Below, piece after piece: positions 41,382-50,893 of a DNA stretch of 64,000 nt. The notes below the pieces were generated by a model, which searched no databases, had not been told where the DNA came from, and saw only the letters and a list, made by a program, of their open reading frames with translations. Origin of the DNA: Cyanidioschyzon merolae. Taxonomy: Eukaryota. Made by a program: the position numbers and the translations under genes. The stretch lies in assembly GCA_000091205.1 (NCBI GenBank), contig AP006498.2. One strand, given 5' to 3'. Every line of letters starts with the position of its first letter. The stretch's first letter is position 1.

Positions 41382-42511
41382 CCCCGTCTCGTCGCACAGT
41401 TGTCTTTCGCGCAGCTTTTGACGTCGGGCCTACCCCTTTTGCTTCTACTTCTTTTCCTGCTCTTCTGGACTCGGATTTTTTTTTGTTTTTTTCTGGCAGC
41501 CGGCGACACTGGGCCTCCAGGATCGTCGACTAGCTTTTTCATAACTCTCCTTTTTTAGTTTTTTTAAAAAGAACGCTCTTTGAACCCTTCTGTTATGTAC
41601 TGCGAAAAAGCACTTGACTAGACTTGTTTGAGGGTTGAAACATAATTGATCTGAAAACTATACTTTGCTACGACTTAAAAGCAAATGCAACTTGTACGTT
41701 AGAACAACAAGTCGACGAATGATCATGATCGCGTTTCCATGCAAAGGCGAGTTGCACGCCGTATCTCTTGCGGCCCTGATCTCCAAGAAGCGCTATCCAC
41801 CGCACTATTTAGAAAAAAGAACATAAACCAACCCCTAACTAGCAACGAAATAATAATTTCTTTCCGTCTCTACTGTAAACGATAAAAGGGCGAAAAGATT
41901 TCCATATTGTGGAAAGTTTAGCTTGTCTGCGGAAGGTCCCTCGAGCCAGACGAGTCTGCAAGCCTGGTGCCCGGTGTGCCTCTAACGTGGCTGATGCCGC
42001 TGCAATGCCTGCGTATCTCGTCTCCAAAGCGGCTTATTCTGGGACTAGAGGCAGTTATGCTGCGTCTGGACGTCATCCTGTTCGCGGTGGACTCCTAGTA
42101 TGTTGATTCGCGCTGCCGCAGGCAGTACGTATGTCTGCGCAGCTTGCTGGCTCCCAGAGTCATTATGCACTCGGAGTCCAAGTCAGCTGAACGACGCTTC
42201 GAGCCAATGCCCTCACTGGTATGGCAAAGCTATTTTGTCTCTATGATGCATCCGCTCCAGTAGTTTAGGCACTACGGCGGGTGCTCACGGTAGGTACTCG
42301 GCGCAAGTTAGAACGCACGAAACGACCAGTATATCCGAGAGGACGTATGGGTAATGGAACGTTAAGGCGGGGTACAGCACGATGGACACTTTTTCGATAA
42401 CCAATATTCATCCTGCAATCTGGGATCCATGGCCAATGTACGCGAATTATGTCATCGAAAAAAATTGGACATGCGCCCGCCATCGGCCTTGTGGCTCTCC
42501 TGATGGCAATG

Positions 42512-42680
42512 TCGCCTCTATGGGATACTACAATCGATGCTCGCCTCTATAGGATACTACAATCGATACTCGCCTATATGGGATACTACAATCGATACTC
42601 GCCTCTATGGGATACTACAATCGATACTCGCATCTGATGATGCTACAGTCGATGTGCGCCTCTGATGATGCCGTGCACGC
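42512..42680. repeat. Tandem repeat, 29-bp unit x about 5.5
   Basis: 'tcgcctctatgggatactacaatcgat(g/a)c' repeats at 42512, 42541, 42570 and 42599, then degenerates into 'tcgcatctgatgatgctacagtcgatgtgcgcctctgatgatgc'. Confidence 0.8.
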
Positions 42681-42873
42681 GCACCGGAAGCATCGGGTGC
42701 CACCGCGTTGATCTCGGCGCATCGTACTCGAGTCGTCGCGTTTACAGCTTTTGGGTGCAAGCCTAGGTCGTCGTCTTTTCTTGGATAGCATCTGGGCCAA
42801 CTTGACGATAACGAAGTAAAATCGGAACACTGATTGAGCGCTATTAGGAGACTTGTTCGAAGTTTTTGGGAGA

Positions 42874-44241
42874 ATGTTTCAGTTCGCGGTGCTGAAGCTG
42901 ACGCGTACGCCCAGGTGCGCTGGGCACACGGCACCGCGTTCGTTGCAGGCTGCTTCTGGGGCAAAGTTTAGGCTGCGCTCGGAGCGACTCAGGTATCATG
43001 TCGCTTCTCTTGCGCTCCGTGCGGCGCTGGATACAGACTATGAGGGCTGCTTGTCCGAAAGCAGCGTCGTCGAAACCTGCAACGAAGCCCCGTTGCTCCT
43101 GCGGGTCTTGCGCTGCGACCCCAGCGTGCCGCGGCCACCGGTATGGTTCATGCGTCAGGCCGGCCGCTACATGAGCGCGTTTCGGATGTACTCTGGGCGT
43201 TATGCGTTCCGCGAGCGTGCCGAAACACCTGAAATCGCTGTCGAGCTTTCGCTGCAGCCGTGGAGAGCGTTCGGAGTGGACGCCGTCATCATGTTCGCAG
43301 ATATTTTGACCCCCTTGCCGCCCATGGGCCTTGACTACCAAATCGTATCCGGACAGGGTCCATCGATTAAAACTCCTGTTCGATGCATGGAGGATGTTGA
43401 GCTTGTGCGTCCGCTCACCCCCGAGGATACAGAGACAGCACTTAGCTTCGTGGGAACGACACTCTCGACGCTTGCGCATACGCTTGCAGACGCTCGTCCG
43501 AGACCGGCGCTGCTTGGATTTCTGGGTGCACCCTTCACGCTCGCTGCATACGGGATCGAGGGCGAAGGCGGACGGGCCTCATCAGGCAAGCAGGTGAAGC
43601 GCATGATGTACACAGCAGAAGGCCGAGAACTCATGCATCGATTACTGCAGAAAATCACACAGAGCATGATCGTTTTTGCAGCTTACCAGGCTCGAAAAGG
43701 AGCTGAGGCGATTCAGATTTTCGACTCTTGGGCCCACTTGCTTAGCCCCGAGGATTACCAGGAGTTTTCGCTCTTCTACGTGGAAGAATTGGTACGCGGA
43801 ATCCGTGCGCATGGCGTCGAAACTCCATTGATCTTCTTTGCAAATGGGTCGTGTGGTAAGTTGGGGGTCATCTCTGCGATGTATCCAGCGGATACGAGGG
43901 AAGCCAACGGATACCGGGGTCTCGATGCGCTCGCCCTGGACTGGCGAACGAGCATCGCAGAGGCGCGTCAGCTGTTTGGCAAGCGAGCGGTGCTCCAGGG
44001 CAACATCGATCCAACGGTATTGGCGTGCGGCGACACTGCCAGCGTGAAGGCAGCCATTGATCGTTGTGTTTGCGCTGCGTCGGGTGGTGCGCATATCCTC
44101 AATGTGGGCCGTGGTATTCAGCCGGATACCCCCGAGGAAATGGTCGCGCTCTTCTGTGAGCACGTTCGAGCTCTTCCAGAGACAGACTGGTATCAGCAGT
44201 TGCGACATCGGCACCTGGTTGAAAATGGAGTGCCAGGATAG
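42874..44241 (+). CDS. UROD: Uroporphyrinogen decarboxylase (HemE/UROD) with an N-terminal targeting extension
   Basis: Canonical 'PPVWFMRQAGRYMSAFRMY' N-terminal motif, then 'FGVDAVIMFADILTPLPPMGLDY' and 'LLGFLGAPFTLAAY'; the length and collinearity fit URO-D throughout. About 75 aa of Arg/Ala/Ser-rich presequence precede the core. The track ORF starts at TTG 42853; the first ATG is 42874. Confidence 0.9.
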   Translation: MFQFAVLKLTRTPRCAGHTAPRSLQAASGAKFRLRSERLRYHVASLALRAALDTDYEGCLSESSVVETCNEAPLLLRVLRCDPSVPRPPVWFMRQAGRYMSAFRMYSGRYAFRERAETPEIAVELSLQPWRAFGVDAVIMFADILTPLPPMGLDYQIVSGQGPSIKTPVRCMEDVELVRPLTPEDTETALSFVGTTLSTLAHTLADARPRPALLGFLGAPFTLAAYGIEGEGGRASSGKQVKRMMYTAEGRELMHRLLQKITQSMIVFAAYQARKGAEAIQIFDSWAHLLSPEDYQEFSLFYVEELVRGIRAHGVETPLIFFANGSCGKLGVISAMYPADTREANGYRGLDALALDWRTSIAEARQLFGKRAVLQGNIDPTVLACGDTASVKAAIDRCVCAASGGAHILNVGRGIQPDTPEEMVALFCEHVRALPETDWYQQLRHRHLVENGVPG

Positions 44242-45769
44242 ATACAACACCAAGTATGCCAATCATCACGTATTTCACGGGTGAAGCTGAAGATGATGCG
44301 AACGTACAAGGCCGCGCGGATAAGCTGTCGACCTTGTGCAACGATATTCAATGATCAGCACAATAACTGAACCGGTCTCAAGGACTGTTTTAAGACTGCC
44401 TTTGCGCGCTGGCATCGTTTCAGATGCGAGCATCGCAATCACGTCGACTATCGTTTTCGGTTCGTTGCTCAGGTCAACGCGCAGACCGGGAACCCTAGTT
44501 GCTACCTAGATCCTAGTGATCTAAAGCACTCTTTTTCAACTGCATCGAATAGGTTGATGCATTCGAAAGAGCAATAGAAAGCTCGATGCGAGAACGGCAC
44601 TGGAAGCTTGATCGGCCACTGGGGATCGGGTCCAGTGTTGCTGGCGCTGCGCGACCGCGTGATGCCCGTCGGTAGCGCTGGGCCTTTTCCGCGAGGATAT
44701 GGACGCTCGCCGGTATTGTCTCCTTTCATCTGTACCTGCTTACGTATTCCAATTACATGGGAATGCTAACCATAATCGCTTCGCCCGTAGGCGAACGCTT
44801 TCTCGCGGATAAAAGATGCTTGAAAACGCCGAGTCCTCACCATTGGACAATGCGCAGTTCGGGCATCGTTTCAGCCGGAGAATGGACTCGCGCGTATGCG
44901 AAAATGCTCACGCGCTCTTCGTTTCACTTGCTTGAAACGCCGAGTTCTGAGAAACAGCCTCTGTTTCGTCCTCGATAAGCTCGTTGTACACGGGGCAACG
45001 ATGATGGTCGGATTATCCGGATCCTGTCCGCGTAAAGTCTCGTTTGCGAGCACACCTGCGTCTGGGCATCCGGCGACGTCGCCTGAGGCGCGTGCGGGCC
45101 CTTGGATCCTGGCACGAACACGCTGATCTGAATCCTCGTTCTCATTTGATCCCGTATTCCGAGTCGAGGAGCACCTCGCTGCAGTTCATCGGCAGCGGAT
45201 CGCGCCGTTGCCCTTGATTCTACGACATATCCAAAAGCTGCATGCGTCTGCAACGCTGAGCCGAGCAGGCTCTGGTCCGGGACAAGCACGCTCTGCATGT
45301 CGGTACGCACCTGGACCGCTGGATGCCCTCATCAGGGTCGTGAACTGAAGCCGAGCGACCTAGAATCGACCAGAGCCGCAGCGTTAAGCGAATCTTCATC
45401 ACTGTCTAAAACTTGTTCACGTACACTTAGCCTTCTTCATGCATCGTACTCTGATTCCTTTTGAAGTTAACTACAAGCATGCATTTGAACGTATCGTGCA
45501 CGTATCCTTCTGAACGTCAAGTACATGAATCTGCACCTATGCCGAGCTGGGCATTGGCGGCAAAACAGGAGCGCGCCTTGTGGCGCAATGACGTGTCCGT
45601 TTCGATGTCGACGACAAAAACAGGAACAAAACGCGTTCCTCGCTACGCATCCGCTGTTTCCTGAGTGCTTACGTCGACGTTGCGAGTTTTACCTGCGTAG
45701 CGTTCGGGTAAACACATGACCGAGAGGGTATCAGCGACCTCTCCGTCACCGTACTGAAGGTTAACGTAC

Positions 45770-47143
45770 ATGTCCATAGGCTCGGCTTCTTCTTTTCTGG
45801 TGCAGAGGATTTCGCTTACGATGCGCCAACAGCTCGCTTCTTTCCTCGGACTACTGCTGTTGTGGCGCGGGCGCAGTTTTCTGGTCCGGCGCGCTGTGAA
45901 ACGATCGCCACACCTGCACCAACCAGCCGTGGTGCTCTTTGTGCTCTGTAACGTTATTCTAGGATGGAGTCTACTGGCCTCCCTGGGCGTCGACTGGGCA
46001 CGTTTCCTCAAACTGTTCGCTGCTGGCGGCAGTTGTGCGGTTCTGATGCACGTACTCACGACGCCTGTCGACGTTGTACGTACTAAAATGCAGCTCGAAC
46101 CTGAACGCTATCCTTCAGTTTTGGCCTGCGTTTCTCGGATTATCAACGAAGATGGCCCGTTTATGTTTCTTCAGGGGTTTGGCGCCACTGCCTTAGGGTA
46201 TCTGATACATGGTGGCCTCAAGTACGCCGTATATGAGCAGTTACGAACGCTGACGATGGTGCTGACGCGCACACCAGCTGGCCAGCCGCTATCGTCGCTT
46301 CACTTTGTCACTTCTGCGACAGTGGCTGAACTAGTAGCATCGACAGCGCTGTGCCCGCTGGAGTCGGTACGGATTCGAATGGTCCAGGATCGGACGTTTG
46401 CGCGAGATGTCTGGCAGGGTCTGGCGCAAGTGTGGGCCGAGGGCTCCCGCAGCATGTACAAAGGGCTGATGCCGCTGATCGCCAAACAGTGCCCGTATAC
46501 TTTGGCTCAGTTTTGGACCTACGAGTGGTTGCTGGCTGGACTGCGGGCCACATGGATAGGTCGAAACGCACCGTTGGACGCTCAGCTGCCTGTGTCTCTG
46601 GAACGGCGCCTGTCGCTTCTTGCGGGCCTGCTCAGCGGGATCGCAGCCGCGTTCGCCAGCCAACCGGGAGACACGATCCTGAGCCGCATCAACAAACATC
46701 ATGCCGGTCTCGCGGGTTTAATGTTGACAGAAATCGGACAGGCTCTGTCGACGCCACCCGGTGCGGAAACAGACGCGAACATTCGCTCGCCGAGTGCATC
46801 CTTGTCCCCGACTGTGGCGGACAAGAATCGAAAACAGATGCAACCGAATGAAATCCCAATGAGGGCTGATCAAGGGTCTGCATCGAATATGAAACGTTTT
46901 CTTTTCGAGCGATTTCGACTGAGATCAGCCACTTGTATGTGGCTCGATTCGATCCGACAGTCCTGGATGGATATGTGGACGATTGCGAGAGAATTAGGGC
47001 CACGAGGCATGTTTCTCGGCTTTGTTCCGCGTTGTGCTCAAGTCATGATCCTCGTAAGTGGCCAGTTTCTGTTCTATGCAGAGATCAAGGCGTTCTTTGG
47101 TATACCGGAAACGCTTGGACGTGGATCCACACATCGACCATGA
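45770..47143 (+). CDS. Mitochondrial phosphate carrier (SLC25A3/MIR1-like) with an about 90-aa insertion in the third repeat
   Basis: 'GGSCAVLMHVLTTPVDVVRTKMQLEPERYPS', 'GFGATALGYLIHGGLKYAVYEQ', 'CPLESVRIRMVQDRTFARDVWQG', 'SQPGDTILSRINK' and the C-terminal 'LGFVPRCAQVMILVSGQFLFYAEIKAFFG' align with phosphate-carrier blocks ('TPLDLVKCRMQVD', 'CPMEAVKVRVQTQPGFA', 'SHPADTVVSKLNQ', 'IIMIGTLTALQWFIYD'). It starts at an ATG. Confidence 0.8.
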   Translation: MSIGSASSFLVQRISLTMRQQLASFLGLLLLWRGRSFLVRRAVKRSPHLHQPAVVLFVLCNVILGWSLLASLGVDWARFLKLFAAGGSCAVLMHVLTTPVDVVRTKMQLEPERYPSVLACVSRIINEDGPFMFLQGFGATALGYLIHGGLKYAVYEQLRTLTMVLTRTPAGQPLSSLHFVTSATVAELVASTALCPLESVRIRMVQDRTFARDVWQGLAQVWAEGSRSMYKGLMPLIAKQCPYTLAQFWTYEWLLAGLRATWIGRNAPLDAQLPVSLERRLSLLAGLLSGIAAAFASQPGDTILSRINKHHAGLAGLMLTEIGQALSTPPGAETDANIRSPSASLSPTVADKNRKQMQPNEIPMRADQGSASNMKRFLFERFRLRSATCMWLDSIRQSWMDMWTIARELGPRGMFLGFVPRCAQVMILVSGQFLFYAEIKAFFGIPETLGRGSTHRP

Positions 47144-47146
47144 CTG

Positions 47147-47173
47147 GCGTGTGTGTGTGTGTGTGTTTGTGTG
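47147..47173. repeat. (GT)n microsatellite
   Basis: 'gcgtgtgtgtgtgtgtgtgtttgtgtg' immediately after the stop codon of the phosphate-carrier gene. Confidence 0.9.
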
Positions 47174-47915
47174 CCGTATTCCGGAAGCGGCGCGACGACT
47201 GTTGGGTACGCATGCCCCAATGCATCCCTCGCGGGATCTTTGTACAGCATCCAGTCTGCAGGGCATACGACGCAATCGCCAGCCCTGCATCATGGTCGAT
47301 TTCCTCGTGGTTGTAAACGACCGCAAGCCATACAGCATGCGCTTTGCTTGTTGCCTGGAAAGCGATCATCGCTACGATATCCACCGGCATGCAGGGTAAG
47401 CGCTGTGCGAGCTCGCCGTAAAGTGCTCCACCCCAGCGCCAATCGTCTCATATGTTTCATTCTGGAGCACAAGGCGCCGTCCTCAACGGATATGAGCGTC
47501 GTGCACCTCTGGACAACGCCGGGCATGGTAGAGGATCGAAACGTTCCGCGACATGCGGCGGCATGAGCGGAACGCGATTGTGGATCCCGCGTACTCGACG
47601 ACCTCTGGAAAGCGTTGTGAACCCAGGCACTTGGTGGAAACGATGCATAAGGTCGCTGGATTCCGTGGTGTTCAGCAAGATTAGCTCTGTCACATGTCAA
47701 TCATCTTTGAATGCGACGAGCTGCGTGCTGGAGCGCCCACAGGCACCCGGCGCAACGTATCCGGTACACGATGTTGCCATGGGTGACGTCCCCTGGTGTA
47801 AACAATGCACGAGCCGCATCACTGCTGCATAAAGACTAGCCGGTGGAGAAGGTGAAGCTCCGGTTGCTCGATGAATCAAAGCCCAAGGCGAGATGCAGCC
47901 AACGCAATCAATAAA

Positions 47916-48192
47916 GTGATGCTCACCGCACGAAAGAAACCCATTCGGTATCAGACGCATAATTGAGTAGACTTGTATGGATTGTCCGTACAGTGACGCT
48001 CACCGCATGGAACAAACCCATGCGGTATCAGACGCATGATTGAGTAGACTTGTATGGATTGTCCGTACAGTGATGCACACCGCACGAAAGAAACCCATGC
48101 GGTATCAGACGCATAATTGAGTAGACTTGTATGAATTGTCCGTACAGTGATGCTCACCGCACGAAACGAACCCATGCATTATCAGACGCATG
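47916..48192. repeat. Tandem repeat, 77-bp unit x about 3.6
   Basis: 'gtga(t/c)gc(t/a)caccgca(c/t)g(a/g)aa(g/c)aaacccat(g/t)cggtatcagacgcat(a/g)attgagtagacttgtatg(g/a)attgtccgtaca' begins at 47916, 47992, 48069 and 48146. A (CGT)7 run follows at about 48229-48250. Confidence 0.85.
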
Positions 48193-48644
48193 ATTGACTT
48201 GAATGCCCGCACCGCTTCGTGTGTAAAGCGTCGTCGTCGTCGTCGTCGACTCGGGCAGCTTCATGCGGATTCACGCTTGGCGGGCTGGTTCGAGTCTCGA
48301 CCGCAAGATCGTCTAGAGCAAACGCGCTTGCTGGCAGCCATTGGTCTTTCAACGATGCCGTTGTACCCAAGCGCCTCTATCAGAAACCTTCACAAGAGAT
48401 ATTGTAAACACCCCGTAGTGCCCTGCTCGGTCACGCACGAACCCGAATCGCAGGCACATCATCTCCGTCTCAAGCGAGCAGCATACCTCAGCAAACGCGA
48501 TGAAGATCGCCTGCTTGCAGCGCTTCACAGTAAGCTTTCCACGACTTTGTCGAATAAGCCAACACCTGGTCACGAAAAGCGGCATCATCGGCAATGGTGA
48601 CGCAAAGCGCGCTCGGTCGTAAACAAGTGCAAACGTGACTCTAT

Positions 48645-50249
48645 TCATGAAAATGACCGTAGATCGCGCTCGTGGATACCCAACAGGAACAAGATGGAGG
48701 TGAGACTCTTGCTCTGAATCTTGCCGCCAATATTGGTGCCATCCCGAGCCCCTGGTTGTTCAAAGGCGATGGATAGACCCGCCGAGTCAAGCATTTTGGC
48801 GGACACTGGCCCGTCACCTACCGCAATAATCTGCTCCGGGCTGAGCTGCTCGCGCATCGCCAGCATGGTCAGCAGCTCTGCTTTCCGCTCTCCGTTGACG
48901 AGAGGCTCCAAGATCGCTCCGGTGAAACGCTCATTGCTGTCCGTTTCAAGACGATTGGCCGCAACGAAATCAATACCGAGGTCTGCTTTCACAAGCTCTG
49001 CCAAGAGCAAGGGCCCCGACGACAGCACCGCCGTTCGGTAGCCGAGTTTCTTGAGTACGCGACAGACCGAAGCGGCTCCATCGGTATATTCGATAAGCGC
49101 GTGTAGTCTTTCTGCTAAGCCAGTGCTCGATCGACCGCGAAGGAGCGCAGCACACGCTCGCAAGTAGTCTTCGGATCCGAGCGAGTGACAACGGCGCACT
49201 TCCGCGACTGCATCCGCATCCACTGCAGCCGCCTGGCAGAGGAGCTCGAAGCTATCCGCCTGGACCAGTGTCCACGACAGATCGAAAACGACCATTCGCT
49301 TCGTCCGCAATGCTCCTGCTCGCTCGAAAGCGATATCGACGAGAAACTCCTTGCCCAAATGCAGCAGTTCGCTGCGAACGCGGTCTGCCAAAGGGCCCCG
49401 CAGTGCTGCCATCACCTGAAAACAGGTACTGCGGCCCCCTGGCTCGTTCAATGACTGAATGGCATTCAAATTGATGCCGTTTTCAGCGAGGACATGCGTT
49501 GCTGTTGCCAAGAAATCAGCGGGAATGCGCGGTGTGCCTATAAAGGTGAACGTGTACGGCTCACCGGAGTCACCTTCAAGAGCTGCATTCGATTCTGCTT
49601 CGAGGGAGTCGAGCACCTCAAACTCGGTCTCGATCCCGCCCAGCTCATAGGCTGTCAAGAGAAACTCCCGTAGAAGGTACCCCTCGATGCCGAATTCGTG
49701 CTCGATGTGTGCCTCAGTTGAGCTCAGCGTCCCGCCAGGTTCAGCAGGGCTTCCAACTCCAAACGACTGCGGTGCCGAACCGCTCGTCGACTCTGTGCTC
49801 ATAGCTTCTGTTCCTGTTTCAGTAGATCGACGTTTTCGGAGCTGCGTGGGCGTCACTTCAACAGCCAGTGTGGCTGTGAATCGGTTTCCGACCGTAAACG
49901 ACGAGAGATCTCGCAGCTGCACGACGTCTCCGGCTTGAGCGAGCAGCGACAGAAACCGTGAGAGCCAGCTCGGCTGCACAGCGCCGTGGAGCGTAATCAC
50001 AAGCAGTCGTTTGCTGTGCGTTGAACCACGCTCTTTAGGTCGCTTACGTGGACTCGAGCGCGATGGACTCATCACTGACCCAGATATCGACGAACGAAAA
50101 CGCGAACACCCTTGCCGGTCACGCAGAAGCGAAAGCGCCATCTGTAGCAGCTTTGGGTCGTCGTTGTGATGGATTCCGTGAACGGAGCGGTTGTTCATGC
50201 CATACTGGCGGGAGCGAGGACGACAAGAGCGACTTTCGAGGCGCATCAT
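48645..50249 (-). CDS. Phosphoserine-phosphatase (SerB)-like HAD protein with an N-terminal ACT-like region; catalytic motifs partly degenerate
   Basis: The C-terminal 250 aa are collinear with SerB. 'FTGAILEPLVNGERKAELLTMLAMREQLSPEQIIAVGDGPVSAKMLDSAGLSIAF' corresponds to E. coli 'FTGNVIGDIVDAQYKAKTLTRLAQEYEIPLAQTVAIGDGANDLPMIKAAGLGIAY'. HAD motif I reads 'VVFDLSWTL' (DxDxT becomes DxSxT). Motif II Ser is kept in 'VLSSGPL'. Motif IV 'GDGPVS' lacks the second acidic residue. The N-terminal 280 aa have an ACT-like alpha/beta character. It starts at an ATG. Confidence 0.6.
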   Translation of the reverse strand: MMRLESRSCRPRSRQYGMNNRSVHGIHHNDDPKLLQMALSLLRDRQGCSRFRSSISGSVMSPSRSSPRKRPKERGSTHSKRLLVITLHGAVQPSWLSRFLSLLAQAGDVVQLRDLSSFTVGNRFTATLAVEVTPTQLRKRRSTETGTEAMSTESTSGSAPQSFGVGSPAEPGGTLSSTEAHIEHEFGIEGYLLREFLLTAYELGGIETEFEVLDSLEAESNAALEGDSGEPYTFTFIGTPRIPADFLATATHVLAENGINLNAIQSLNEPGGRSTCFQVMAALRGPLADRVRSELLHLGKEFLVDIAFERAGALRTKRMVVFDLSWTLVQADSFELLCQAAAVDADAVAEVRRCHSLGSEDYLRACAALLRGRSSTGLAERLHALIEYTDGAASVCRVLKKLGYRTAVLSSGPLLLAELVKADLGIDFVAANRLETDSNERFTGAILEPLVNGERKAELLTMLAMREQLSPEQIIAVGDGPVSAKMLDSAGLSIAFEQPGARDGTNIGGKIQSKSLTSILFLLGIHERDLRSFS

Positions 50250-50893
50250 CGGAAGCGTTGCCGGAAAGTGTCGGAAGCCATTGCCTCAGCGTTTTTGCAT
50301 GAGTCCAGACAATGCTTGATAACGCTCGCTGCCTGTTCTATGGTTTTCGCTCCGGTTCGGAGTCGACGTATCGATGCTAGCAGGCACGCGTGCATGCGTA
50401 TTAGACCAAAACACACTGGATGAAAGGCTGTTCACGAGACATCCCGGACCAGCCGCTCCAGACAGCGTGGCATGCAAACCCGCCCTAAAACGCGACGTCG
50501 ACGAGCCGGGGGTATGCTGCAGTATCTTCACGCGGAATGGTGTGTGCTGACGGTTCGCTTTCGACGGTACCCTTTACGAACCGGAGCGCATGCCTGCAAC
50601 TGCAACGGTCTCGCTCTACGGACTAACAACGTCGTCAAGGGAGCTGCATACGCAGCCGTTGCGGGAATCGTCACTGGTGGCGAGCCTATATGACTGCTGG
50701 CTCGAGCACGTGTGTCGTTGTCTGCGTTCTGATCATCAACGCGTGCCTCTCCTTTGTACAAGTCATCAACTTGTCAGTATCGTTTACACGTTCAGTCTAC
50801 GTTGCCTGCCACTGTGCCTCACTATCTCGCAGGACGGTGCCTTCAAAAAACCGGCGAGCGGTCGACGCACCCCGCCGTCCAGCACACGCTCGC

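Noticed and set aside
45770-47143. Calling the extra C-terminal region of the phosphate carrier a separate gene
   Set aside because: Canonical carrier helix-6 motifs reappear after the inserted segment in the same frame. It is one CDS with an internal insertion, not two genes.
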